A model generated the notes under the pieces. The model made no database searches. It saw nothing but the letters and a program-made list of their open reading frames with translations, and had not been told where the DNA came from. Shown here in pieces: positions 1 to 9,119 of a DNA stretch of 34,609 nt. The stretch lies in the NCBI GenBank assembly GCA_049966395.1, contig JBMFUT010000004.1:1-34609 (forward strand). The letters are read 5' to 3'. Numbering within the stretch: the first letter of the stretch is position 1; every line of letters begins with the position of its first letter. This DNA comes from Candidatus Micrarchaeia archaeon. Lineage in GTDB: Archaea; Micrarchaeota; Micrarchaeia; Micrarchaeales; CABMGC01. The position numbers were made by a program, and so were the translations under genes.

Positions 1-55
1 GTTCGCTTTCATCCCACCTCTAAAGAGTGTGGGATTTCTCGCTCACATTGTTAAA
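1..55 (-). mobile_element. IS200/IS605-family-like left end (subterminal bulged hairpin) with putative TTTAA target motif; element would continue beyond window start
   Basis: Minus strand reads TTTAA|CAATGTGAGCGAGAA-ATCCCAC-A-CTC-TTTA-GAG-GTGGGAT-GAAAGCGAAC: 10-bp hairpin with one bulged base (11-35); related copy at 11122-11176. No tnpA/tnpB inside window. Confidence 0.6.
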
Positions 56-80
56 TATTAAATGGTTGCATATAAAAGAT

Positions 81-446
81 ATGCATATCTTGATAATAGA
101 CACAAGCTCGATACTGTTCTGCCTCTCGAACAACATAGACCTGCTCAGTGCTGTGAATGAGGCTTTCCCAGGTTATGGCATCGCTGTCTCAAAAGGAATA
201 ATCAAGGAGCTGAATGGATTAAGCAATAGCAGGAAGAGGTCAGCCAGATACGCAGGCATAGCAGTAAGGATGCTAAAGCGCGCAAATGCGTACGTTTTCG
301 AAAACGATGAGAACGCAGACAGATGGCTTATAGAGATAGCCGGGCCTGACAAGACGATATGTACCAATGATTCAAAGCTAAGGCGTGCGCTTAGGGCAAG
401 AGGAGCAAATGTCGTAAGCGTTGCGCGCGATGGGAAGCTCAGATGA
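81..446 (+). CDS. PIN-domain ribonuclease (Fcf1/Utp24-like)
   Basis: IIDTSS N-terminal motif, EL, ADRWL and TNDSKL acidic PIN residues; sits upstream of rpoE' as in the conserved archaeal cluster; ATG at 81 preferred over GTG at 27, which lies in the IS end. Confidence 0.85.
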   Translation: MHILIIDTSSILFCLSNNIDLLSAVNEAFPGYGIAVSKGIIKELNGLSNSRKRSARYAGIAVRMLKRANAYVFENDENADRWLIEIAGPDKTICTNDSKLRRALRARGANVVSVARDGKLR

Positions 447-525
447 GCGCAAACAAACCCTTTTTATATTTTTTTAAGTCAATTATATCCGTAATCTCCT
501 GTTTTGAAAGCTTTGAGTTGATAGA

Positions 526-1101
526 GTGTACTATACTTATACGATAAAGGACACTATAGGAATACCTCCCGAATATTTCAGCACCGACGTCCAGGAATCG
601 GCAAAGGAGATGCTGCGCAAGAAGTATGAAAGGATCGTCGACAAGGACATTGGAATAATACTGGCAGTGTTCAACGTTAGAGATATAAGCGATGGCACCA
701 TATTGCCAGGCGACCCGGCGGTGCATCACGATGTAACTTTTGACGTGCTAGCGTTCAATCTGGAGGTCGAAGAAATAATTACAGGGGAAGTGTCAGAGAT
801 GGCAGAATTTGGATGCTTCGTCAGGATCGGACCTGTTGACGGACTGGTGCACATGTCCCAAATAATAGACGAGTTTGTTAACTTTGACAGGAAAACGGGC
901 ATGTTCACTTCGAAATCGACAAACAGGACGCTCAAAAAAGGCGACGAGGTATATGCCAAGGTTTCTACAATAAGCATGAAGAACAGTATAAAAGACATAA
1001 AAGTGGCTTTGACAATGAGGCCCGATGGGCTCGGGAAGCTTGAGTGGCTTACTGAGGAGCCTAAGGAAAGAAGGCCGCAAGTAAAGAGAAGAAGAAAATA
1101 G
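526..1101 (+). CDS. rpoE1: DNA-directed RNA polymerase subunit E' (Rpo7)
   Basis: IPPEYF, ILPGDPAVHH, S1 domain EFGCFVRIGPVDGLVHMSQI, LTMRPDGLGKLEW; GTG start. Confidence 0.97.
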   Translation: MYYTYTIKDTIGIPPEYFSTDVQESAKEMLRKKYERIVDKDIGIILAVFNVRDISDGTILPGDPAVHHDVTFDVLAFNLEVEEIITGEVSEMAEFGCFVRIGPVDGLVHMSQIIDEFVNFDRKTGMFTSKSTNRTLKKGDEVYAKVSTISMKNSIKDIKVALTMRPDGLGKLEWLTEEPKERRPQVKRRRK

Positions 1102-1108
1102 GGATTAG

Positions 1109-1297
1109 ATGGACAAGGCTTGCAAGAAGTGCAGACTCATAATATCGCAGGGTGACGTATGCCCAGTATGCGGCTCCACGGATTTGACAACCAAGTGGAG
1201 CGGCTACGTGGTGATACTCAATGCTGAAAAGTCAGAGGTAGCCAAGAAGCTTGGCATCGCTGTCAATGGCACTTATGCCCTAAACATAAACGACTAG
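1109..1297 (+). CDS. spt4: Transcription elongation factor Spt4 (RpoE'')
   Basis: KACKKC...CPVCGS Zn ribbon, WSGYVVI, SEVAKKLGI...GTYAL; directly after rpoE1. Confidence 0.97.
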   Translation: MDKACKKCRLIISQGDVCPVCGSTDLTTKWSGYVVILNAEKSEVAKKLGIAVNGTYALNIND

Positions 1298-2016
1298 GCT
1301 CCTTGCTCCTGTTCCTTGGATGCTGCCTGCTTACCCACTTTGTCTCTTGAATAGGTTTCCCTTATTTCTATGCGTTTTATTCCTTCTATATACTTGAAAA
1401 GCGCTTCCAAGAACATGTTTTTGTTTACAAAATAGTCGCTGCTTTCCTTGTCTACTTCTTCACTTACCGCTAGGGTTGCGGCGCCATTTTCCACAGACAC
1501 ACTAGCGGCCTTAATAGAATAGCTTTCGGCAAGCGCTTCTACTTTGGCCTTGTCGCCTTCTATCTTTTCAACTACCTTGAGCTCGTATATCAGCTTTTCT
1601 CCTGCAAGCTCGTGATTTGCATCTACCAGCACCCTGCCTGAATTTATGCTCCTTACAGTAGCTACAACGCCATCAAGATTAAGTCTCATTCCAGGGTATG
1701 GATTTATGTCCCTGCTTCTCAAGTCTGAAAGAGGCATCACCCTTACGAGCTCGGGATCCCTTTCGCCGAATGCATCCTTCGGCTCTAGCTCTATCCTCTC
1801 AGTCTTGTTCAATTCCATTTTCCTGAGCGCTGCGTCGACGCCTTTTACGACGCTGCCCTTGCCTACTACAACCAGTTGGGGAGTGTATTTTGCTTCGCTG
1901 CTGTAGATGTTGCTCTTTTCTGCAAGCTGCTTGTCTGTGGTGTAAAGCAGACTGTTGTCTGCAGCGCGCCACATGCTGTATTCCACTTTTAGGAAGTCTC
2001 CTTCTTTGAAAGCCAT
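1294..2016 (-). CDS. FKBP-type peptidyl-prolyl cis-trans isomerase (long archaeal SlyD-like)
   Basis: GDFLKVEY, PKDAFGERDP, GRVLVDANHELAGEKL; ATG at 2016 (MAFKEG); stop overlaps spt4 stop convergently. Confidence 0.93.
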   Translation of the reverse strand: MAFKEGDFLKVEYSMWRAADNSLLYTTDKQLAEKSNIYSSEAKYTPQLVVVGKGSVVKGVDAALRKMELNKTERIELEPKDAFGERDPELVRVMPLSDLRSRDINPYPGMRLNLDGVVATVRSINSGRVLVDANHELAGEKLIYELKVVEKIEGDKAKVEALAESYSIKAASVSVENGAATLAVSEEVDKESSDYFVNKNMFLEALFKYIEGIKRIEIRETYSRDKVGKQAASKEQEQGA

Positions 2017-2125
2017 GAAATCACTAGTATAAAGTTTTATATTTATATTCCTAATACTTCTACCTATAAATGCACTCAAAATGTTGCACATTATATTGAG
2101 TGAAAAAAATTAAAAGGATGCGCTT

Positions 2126-2746
2126 ATGGAAAGGATATCCTTGTTTAAGCTCGTAGGGGCAATATTTATAGCCGTGATATTCGTCGCTTCTTATGCTTCG
2201 TTCAGCAGCAACTCTTCTGCGCCGGCGGCTAGAACTACAACTGTTACCAGCATCGCATACCTGCCGCAGTACGGGGCTTCTGAAGTCAACGCCAGCATAA
2301 CTGGATACTCTTCAGTTTTTTCTATCGACGCAGTTTGCAATGCCATGGCAGTACAGAACGGCGTAAGTGCGATCCTTAACAAACTTGAAAGCAATGGCAG
2401 CGTAAGCAACTACTATTCCCCAAGCAACAGCACTATCTCAGTGCAATCGGGAAGCATGAACTCAAGCGAAATCTACAATTACGTTTCCAGGTCGTTGAAC
2501 GGTACTGCTATGAATTGCACCAGGTTTTCAGGGCAGGCGTCAATAGCGCTTCCAGACAAGATAGGATTCACTGTTGACAAATATAGCTTTGTGGCAACTG
2601 TGCCGCAGCAGCAGGACACCTACTATATACCTATTTACATAAATTCCACCGCCCACAAAAACGCGCTCGTAAAGGTTGCGGCGCTCTTTACGCCTAACGG
2701 AACCATATATGGCAACCTTAGCGTCACTCTCATAAGGGTGCAATAA
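2126..2746 (+). CDS. Hypothetical membrane-anchored/secreted protein
   Basis: N-terminal hydrophobic segment, Ser/Thr/Asn-rich with several N-x-S/T sequons; TAATG overlap with gltX. Confidence 0.75.
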   Translation: MERISLFKLVGAIFIAVIFVASYASFSSNSSAPAARTTTVTSIAYLPQYGASEVNASITGYSSVFSIDAVCNAMAVQNGVSAILNKLESNGSVSNYYSPSNSTISVQSGSMNSSEIYNYVSRSLNGTAMNCTRFSGQASIALPDKIGFTVDKYSFVATVPQQQDTYYIPIYINSTAHKNALVKVAALFTPNGTIYGNLSVTLIRVQ

Positions 2747-4458
2747 TGCCTTCAGACATAGAAAAGATAGCTAGGAAAATTGCCCTGAAGAACGCGCACG
2801 ACTATGGTAAGGCTTCTGTGAGCGCAGTGCTCGGCAAGCTTCTTTCTGCAGCACCAGAAAGCAAGTCTGATGTGAAAAAAACCGCGGAGCTTGTAGAAAA
2901 AGTTGTTAATGAGGTAAACGCGCTTAGCAGCATCGAAATCGAAAACGAGTTCAAGAACTACGAGGAAGAATTCAGAATAGCTGAGAAGGAGAAGGAAAAA
3001 CGAACAGCAAAACCAAGAATGGAGCTCGAAGGCGCAGTCGAAGGCAATTTCGCTACAAGATTTCCACCAGAGCCCAACGGATACATGCACATAGGCCACG
3101 CCAAGGCAGCTTTCCTAGAAAGCGAGTTCGCAAAAATTTACAAAGGCAAGCTGTTTCTTTATTTCGATGACACCAACCCTGAAGCAGAGAGACAGGAGTT
3201 TGCCGACGCGATAAAACGCGACCTCGACTGGCTTGGGATAAAATTCGACAAGGAGTATTATGCGAGCGACAACATAGAGATGCAGTACAAATATGCAGAA
3301 AAGCTCATTGCCGAAGGCAATGCTTATGTTTGCAGCTGTACTAAAGAGGAAATGCAGAAAGACAGGATGGCTAAAACAGAATGCGTGCACAGGAAGCAGA
3401 GCGCAAAAGAAAATCTGCGCCTGTGGCAGGAAATGCTTTCTGGCAAGATGGATGAAAACTCTGCCGTCCTGAGGCTTGCAGGCGACATGAAATCGGTAAA
3501 TACTGTAATGAGGGACCCTGTGCTCTTTAGGATTAAAAAACATGGGCACTACAGGCAGAAAAACAAGTACATAGTGTGGCCTACGTACAACTTCAATACT
3601 CCCGTAATAGATTCTGTATACGGCGTAACTGACGTGATAAGGAGCAAAGAGTATGAATTGAGGGACGAGCTTTACGTCACTTTGCTGAATATGCTTGGCC
3701 TAAGGCAGCCAAGGATACATTCTATAGCAAGGCTTGAAATAGAAGGCAACATAACTTCCAAGCGAAAGCTCAACAAGCTGATAAAGCAGGGGTTGCTTAA
3801 GGGCTATGATGATCCGAGGCTCATAACCATAGCTGCCTTAAGAAGAAGAGGCATAGCTCCGGAGGCGATTAGGGACTTTGTACTAAGGTTTGGGATGAGC
3901 AAGGCAAACAGCACTGTGAGCATAGACATGCTCCTCGCAGAAAACAGGAAGATTTTAGACAGCAAGGCAAAGAGGCTTTTCATGGTGAAGGATCCCGTTC
4001 CGCTTGAGGTGGAAGGGATAGGGAGCATGCACGTGAAGCTAAGGATGCATCCAGACTATGATTTAGGTTACAGGGAATACGATGTTGGAAGTTCATTCTT
4101 TATAAGCGGAAAAGATGCCAAGGAGCTTTCGACCGGGGAGAAGATAAGGATGAAGGACTTGTACAACGTTGAGATATTGAGCTTGGGCGACAGCATAATG
4201 ACGCGGTTCATAGGCAACGAAAGCATCGATGCTAAAAAACTGCAATGGATATCCGCAGGCAATTACATTTCATGCACACTCGAGCACATAGGAAGGCTAA
4301 TGATAGGGGAGGAATTCAACATGAAGAGCCTAGAGGAGTCAAAAGGCTATGTGGAGAGCGCAGCGGCCAGCCTCGATGAAGGCGATGTCGTGCAGTTTGA
4401 GAGGGAAGGATTCTTCAAGCTTGATGACAAAGCTGGCGAGAAATTCATAAGCCTATAA
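2746..4458 (+). CDS. gltX: Glutamate--tRNA ligase (archaeal type)
   Basis: TRFPPEPNGYMHIGH (HIGH), FDDTNP, WPTYNF, ITSKRK (KMSKS-like), DDPRL, QFEREGF. Confidence 0.96.
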   Translation: MPSDIEKIARKIALKNAHDYGKASVSAVLGKLLSAAPESKSDVKKTAELVEKVVNEVNALSSIEIENEFKNYEEEFRIAEKEKEKRTAKPRMELEGAVEGNFATRFPPEPNGYMHIGHAKAAFLESEFAKIYKGKLFLYFDDTNPEAERQEFADAIKRDLDWLGIKFDKEYYASDNIEMQYKYAEKLIAEGNAYVCSCTKEEMQKDRMAKTECVHRKQSAKENLRLWQEMLSGKMDENSAVLRLAGDMKSVNTVMRDPVLFRIKKHGHYRQKNKYIVWPTYNFNTPVIDSVYGVTDVIRSKEYELRDELYVTLLNMLGLRQPRIHSIARLEIEGNITSKRKLNKLIKQGLLKGYDDPRLITIAALRRRGIAPEAIRDFVLRFGMSKANSTVSIDMLLAENRKILDSKAKRLFMVKDPVPLEVEGIGSMHVKLRMHPDYDLGYREYDVGSSFFISGKDAKELSTGEKIRMKDLYNVEILSLGDSIMTRFIGNESIDAKKLQWISAGNYISCTLEHIGRLMIGEEFNMKSLEESKGYVESAAASLDEGDVVQFEREGFFKLDDKAGEKFISL

Positions 4459-4469
4459 GGGTAAGCACA

Positions 4470-5087
4470 ATGGCTGTAGATTACATAAACCAGAGGGCAG
4501 GCGCCGCGGAATTTTATGAGCTTAGGAAGATAGTTGACGAGGGATGGCAAAGCAAGGGCATCGGCCTTGATGAACACGAGATTGCAAGACTTGGGGAGCA
4601 TGCAGCAAGGGTAAGGGGCATGCTAGGCAGCCTTGAATACGAGATCACGTGCATGCCTGTGCTAATAAAAAATGCCAAGCACATGAGCATCGAGGAGCGC
4701 ACCGAGTATATAGACGCGCTTGAAAGCATAATGTTCGGGCTAAGGGAAGAATTTGGCGACGCGCTTTTGGTGCCGCTTATCTATGGCATAATATCAAAAT
4801 CAAAAAACCTCGAAAGCATGAAAAGGTACATTGAAGCGACAGGAAGGATTTTTTTAGAGAAGCAGGCGAGACTGGAAAGATCACTTTATAGCAACCAGAA
4901 AAAGATAGCTAGGCTGCTGGCAGTGCAGCGCGGCTACGAGTCCAGCTTACTGCGCTTTTTCATGCGAAAAAGGATAGTGTATTTGAAAAGGAAAATAGAC
5001 TTGAGGCTTAAGAAGTCCGCCACGATAGAGGCAAAAATAAGCAAATACCGCTCAATTGCGACCAAGGTTAGCGGGCACAGCAAATAG
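4470..5087 (+). CDS. Hypothetical helical protein, basic C-terminus
   Basis: 205-aa ORF 11 nt after gltX on same strand; no recognisable motif. Confidence 0.7.
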   Translation: MAVDYINQRAGAAEFYELRKIVDEGWQSKGIGLDEHEIARLGEHAARVRGMLGSLEYEITCMPVLIKNAKHMSIEERTEYIDALESIMFGLREEFGDALLVPLIYGIISKSKNLESMKRYIEATGRIFLEKQARLERSLYSNQKKIARLLAVQRGYESSLLRFFMRKRIVYLKRKIDLRLKKSATIEAKISKYRSIATKVSGHSK

Positions 5088-5858
5088 TTAGCCTATCGCG
5101 CGCAGTATGCTGTCCTTCTGCTTTGCTTCTGCAGCGGCTATGACGCTTTTAAGTTTCTCCAATTCTGAGCGGGCGCTTTCGTAGAAGCGTCGGGCCTCGG
5201 TGACATCCTTGGAGAATTCTACTGTGCTCTCGGCAAGATTATTCGAATTGCCTATCTTTTCAAGCAGTGATTTGGCTTTTGATTCTATCCTTTCGGACTT
5301 TTTAATATAATGAATCAGTTTGCCAAGCATTGCTTCCTCTGAATGTCTGAATGTGGGCTCCCAATCTATGAAGCGCATAGCATAAGAATAAATTTCGTCC
5401 CTGCTTTTTGCAGACTTGGCCGAGTTCAGCAGCAGCGAAAAGTCATCATTCCTCGCTTTAGAATATTCCTCCAGGAACTTTTTGCCTATCGCTGTCTGGC
5501 TGTTTGCATATGTGTAATTATTTACCTTGCCGATGAGCTCAGAATATGCATAATTTATTTCCTTCATTATTTCCTCTGCATTTTTCTTCTTGCTTGTGTC
5601 AGGATGGTACTCCTTCACCTTTTTGATGTATGCGTTCCTTATTGCAATTTTGTCTCTTGTGGGCTTTATCCCGAGTTTGCTAAAATGATTCGCAAGGCTA
5701 GCATCAGCCAAGCTGGACCCGGCAAGATTTGATATCTGATTGCTCAAAATTGAGCTTGCCCTCTTCTCTTCTGAGATTATGCGAAAGACTTCCTTTTGGG
5801 CCTTTTTGGCAGAGTATTCTCGGAGCGCTCTTGAAAGCTTGCCAATTAGTTCGTTCAT
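5088..5858 (-). CDS. J-domain (DnaJ type III-like) protein
   Basis: LGIKPTRDKIAIRNAYIKKVKEYHPD...MKEINYAYSEL internal J-domain with HPD; helical C-terminus. Confidence 0.82.
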   Translation of the reverse strand: MNELIGKLSRALREYSAKKAQKEVFRIISEEKRASSILSNQISNLAGSSLADASLANHFSKLGIKPTRDKIAIRNAYIKKVKEYHPDTSKKKNAEEIMKEINYAYSELIGKVNNYTYANSQTAIGKKFLEEYSKARNDDFSLLLNSAKSAKSRDEIYSYAMRFIDWEPTFRHSEEAMLGKLIHYIKKSERIESKAKSLLEKIGNSNNLAESTVEFSKDVTEARRFYESARSELEKLKSVIAAAEAKQKDSILRAIG

Positions 5859-6073
5859 CTAATTATCATTGTTGTTAATTTTATATTAATCTATGCAAGT
5901 GCTTGAGGGGACAAATAAGCTTACGAAAATGACAATAAATAAGGTAAACGGCTCAGATTGAACAAATACCCGAACGCTGCGCAATGGTGCCAATAGAAAG
6001 GGTTTTTAGCAGTAACTAGCCATATATTATTGGTTTTACGGATTTTAATTTTCAATTTGCATAAGTGGAGGCA

Positions 6074-6838
6074 ATGGAAATATGTTTGGTCAAGAGGCGC
6101 GAATACAAGGAGCTTGAAGAGTTATACAATGCCTTTAAGGTATCAAAGAATGGCAAGGTATGTATTGCAGTAGGCGGCGATGGCACTTTCATAAGAGCCG
6201 CTAGGGCCTTTAATCGCCCCATATTGCCTATTTACGGCAACGACAAACTTAGCACCGGTTTCTACTCAGACTTGAATTTGTCAGACATAAAAATGGCAGC
6301 GGAGAAGCTTAAAAAAGGGGATTACATTGTTGAAGAGATATCCAAGAAAATTGAAATAAAATTTAAAAGCAAACGCTACTATGCAATTAATGAGGCGCTG
6401 CTGCGCAACATTTCTGAAGAGATTGCGTTTTCAGTGTATGAAAATGAGAATGGCAAAAGGCGTCAGCTGTATCCGTTTGTTATGAGCGGTGACGGGTTGC
6501 TCGTCTCGAGCGCAGTAGGCTCAACAGCTTATAACCGCGCTGCAGGAGGTCCGATAATATTGGACAAAGATATCATATGCATGACCTTCATAAACATAGA
6601 CGGTCCTTACTCGAATCCGATAGTCGCGAAGAGCAGTGCGCATTTCGAGGTTGAAATAGTGAAAAACTCAGGAGTGCTAAGCGCAGATGGTAACAAGATA
6701 GCCACGCTGCACAAGGGTGATCACTTTTCTGTTAGCGCCTCCAGTCTGCCAGTAAGGGTGGTCAGATTCGAAGGAAAGCGCGAAACATTCTCAGAAAAAC
6801 TGGAAAAGATAATAAGAAGAAGGATGAGCAAGAGGTGA
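6074..6838 (+). CDS. nadK: NAD(+) kinase
   Basis: GGDGT, AINEA, GDGLLVSSAVGSTAYNRAAGGP motifs; start ATG 6074 or GTG 6065. Confidence 0.9.
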   Translation: MEICLVKRREYKELEELYNAFKVSKNGKVCIAVGGDGTFIRAARAFNRPILPIYGNDKLSTGFYSDLNLSDIKMAAEKLKKGDYIVEEISKKIEIKFKSKRYYAINEALLRNISEEIAFSVYENENGKRRQLYPFVMSGDGLLVSSAVGSTAYNRAAGGPIILDKDIICMTFINIDGPYSNPIVAKSSAHFEVEIVKNSGVLSADGNKIATLHKGDHFSVSASSLPVRVVRFEGKRETFSEKLEKIIRRRMSKR

Positions 6839-6842
6839 ATAT

Positions 6843-7703
6843 TTGCTTGAAGTGATAGATCCTATAATAAAAAAGTACAACTTGCCGCCATGGGTCAAAC
6901 TGTATGCTGCAAAGTATATAAAGAAGAACCCAAGCAAGGTCATAAGTGCGGCCTTCGGCTTTGTTAATTACGGCAGGAAAAAGGGCGCGATATCAGGCGG
7001 AAAGATAATACTCCCGAACAAGTATGAATTTGACATTGACACTGTTGCGTACATATCTGAGCTTTTCCTATATGGGGACAGAAAGCTTGCTGAAATAGCC
7101 ACCATATGGTCAAGCAGGCAGATGGATCCTTATAAGGATCACTACGCAAAGCTTTCGAAAGCCTATGAAAGCGATGCGCATGCAATTAACAGCCTCCTGG
7201 AAGGGCTCAAGAAAAAACCGAACTTTGAGCCGACAAAAGAATTGGAGGAGCTTTTCGCATACATCAAAGGCATAGACAATGCTTACATGAGAATTGTCGC
7301 GCTCGATTTCATAATAAAATATGCTTATGCTAAGACTTTCGGCAGCGTCTTCTTCAAGGCGTTTTATCCTGTTTCTCCAGAATTCATGCGGCAGCTCAAG
7401 AGCGTATTGAATTACAACTCTGGCGAATTTTCTTTCGGCGAAGCCGAAGCAATGAGAATAATAAAAGAGAAGGTCATACCTGAAACCGAATTGTTGGAGT
7501 CTGCAAAAAGGATACTTATGCTCATATGCAATTCTATAAAAAGCGAGATGCAAATAGCAAAGAAAGCTGGAATTGCAACAGAGATATCGCTGCTTGGCGA
7601 GGTATCTATAGCATATCCGCTGCATATCATTGCGGATGCTGGAGTAAGCATATCCCCGGATGCTGAAGCAGAAAGCATTTTTTCTCAATGCGGATGGCAA
7701 TAG
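6843..7703 (+). CDS. Hypothetical all-helical protein (possibly ferritin-like fold)
   Basis: 286-aa ORF with TTG start preceded by GAGGTGA SD overlapping the nadK stop; fold is a guess. Confidence 0.7.
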   Translation: MLEVIDPIIKKYNLPPWVKLYAAKYIKKNPSKVISAAFGFVNYGRKKGAISGGKIILPNKYEFDIDTVAYISELFLYGDRKLAEIATIWSSRQMDPYKDHYAKLSKAYESDAHAINSLLEGLKKKPNFEPTKELEELFAYIKGIDNAYMRIVALDFIIKYAYAKTFGSVFFKAFYPVSPEFMRQLKSVLNYNSGEFSFGEAEAMRIIKEKVIPETELLESAKRILMLICNSIKSEMQIAKKAGIATEISLLGEVSIAYPLHIIADAGVSISPDAEAESIFSQCGWQ

Positions 7704-7706
7704 CAT

Positions 7707-9119
7707 TCACGCCTTGACTCCAAGCTCCTTGAGCAGCGCGCGAATTATTTCCTTTTTGCCGCTTTCGTCCTTCAGTTTTATGCTAAGGGCGCTTTTGTGA
7801 CCTCCTGATGATTCCACATCTTCGTAGCTATCCTTTATCCGTTTGGCTGCCGCAAGCAGGTCTATTTTGTCGCCGGCACCGCCAGATGCGCGCATTGATA
7901 TGTATTTTCCAAAATGAAGCACGAGCAGCGAAGGCCCTTTGCTTAGGGATGATATGCGCTCCATGAGCTTTGACGCAAATCTCCCTGGCAACGGATATTT
8001 AGTATCGCTGTCTATGCCTTCCCTCAGCTTGCCAAAGTCCAGAAGGAATATTTTCACGGCACCGCTGTACTGTTTTGCCGATACAAGCGCGCCGTCAAGG
8101 AATTCTGACATGTGGCTGTGAGCGTATCTTAGCAGGCTTTCCTTTTTTTCCGGGTCCTTTAGCACGTTGGCTATTTCTGCTGGAGTCAGGTTGTCATCAT
8201 ATGAGCTTATTGCGACCCTCTTGTAGCTTGTAAGCAGGTCAAGTATGTCAGCAAGCTCGCTACCGCACTTGTCGTGCTTGCAGTATATACTGTAGTCGCC
8301 GCACAGCGAAGCGTTCTGCATGCATGAAAAATCTGCACCGCTGAATGATTTGCTTAATTCGCACGCCAGAAAGCCGGCGGTGTAGTTGGAATCGCCTCCA
8401 AACATCCACGGGTTCATGTATTCGGCGCTTCCGGCATCAAAGCCTTCAGGCATAGGATGGTGGTCCAGCCATATGATATCAAATTTCTCTTGCGCCTTGC
8501 GTATGCCTTCGTTGCTTTCGGGGCTTGTGCCAAAGTCTATTATCATCAAAAGAGGGCGTTCCACGCTTTCCATGTTGCCTATTGTCAGGATGTCCTCCAT
8601 GGCGTCACTGAGGGTATATGAAACACCCCTGTGCATTTTCCAGAATATCTTTGGCTTGAAAGAAAAGTAGCTACTTGAAAGCAGCTCCTCTGTTGCTGTA
8701 TATAGGCCGTATGCGCCGCTTGCGCCGTCTGCGTCGTTATGAAATCTAACTATTATCGGTGCTGCAAGAAAAACTTTCTTCATGAACGTCTTTGCGGCAG
8801 AATCCAGCATCTTTTGCATAGAAGAGGTGATGCTGTCCAAATCTGCATTTCCGAATTTCTCGCGCTTGACAAAGCTTCTGTTTGCATAGGAAAGTGCAGC
8901 TTTTATGATTTTTTTGCCTCCCGATTTGCCAATGTGATCTGTTGCGATAATTTTGGCACTGTCTTCTACTTCTGCTTTGAAGTGCTCGCCAAGCTTTAGC
9001 ATCGAGTCCGCAGCGCCTTGGATTAGTTTGACAGAGTTGCTACTTGAGCAGATAACTGTATACAGGTCGCTCTTATAACTGGCTCCGTGCTTTATTCCAA
9101 CTACTATTGCATCTTGCAT
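7707..9119 (-). CDS. DHH-family phosphoesterase, archaeal RecJ-like (COG1107/HAN-like), N-terminally shortened
   Basis: RFHNDADG, IIDFG, LDHH, SGGH motifs; YPLPGRF resembles COG1107 C-terminal motif; ATG at 9119 overlaps upstream TGA. Confidence 0.85.
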   Translation of the reverse strand: MQDAIVVGIKHGASYKSDLYTVICSSSNSVKLIQGAADSMLKLGEHFKAEVEDSAKIIATDHIGKSGGKKIIKAALSYANRSFVKREKFGNADLDSITSSMQKMLDSAAKTFMKKVFLAAPIIVRFHNDADGASGAYGLYTATEELLSSSYFSFKPKIFWKMHRGVSYTLSDAMEDILTIGNMESVERPLLMIIDFGTSPESNEGIRKAQEKFDIIWLDHHPMPEGFDAGSAEYMNPWMFGGDSNYTAGFLACELSKSFSGADFSCMQNASLCGDYSIYCKHDKCGSELADILDLLTSYKRVAISSYDDNLTPAEIANVLKDPEKKESLLRYAHSHMSEFLDGALVSAKQYSGAVKIFLLDFGKLREGIDSDTKYPLPGRFASKLMERISSLSKGPSLLVLHFGKYISMRASGGAGDKIDLLAAAKRIKDSYEDVESSGGHKSALSIKLKDESGKKEIIRALLKELGVKA

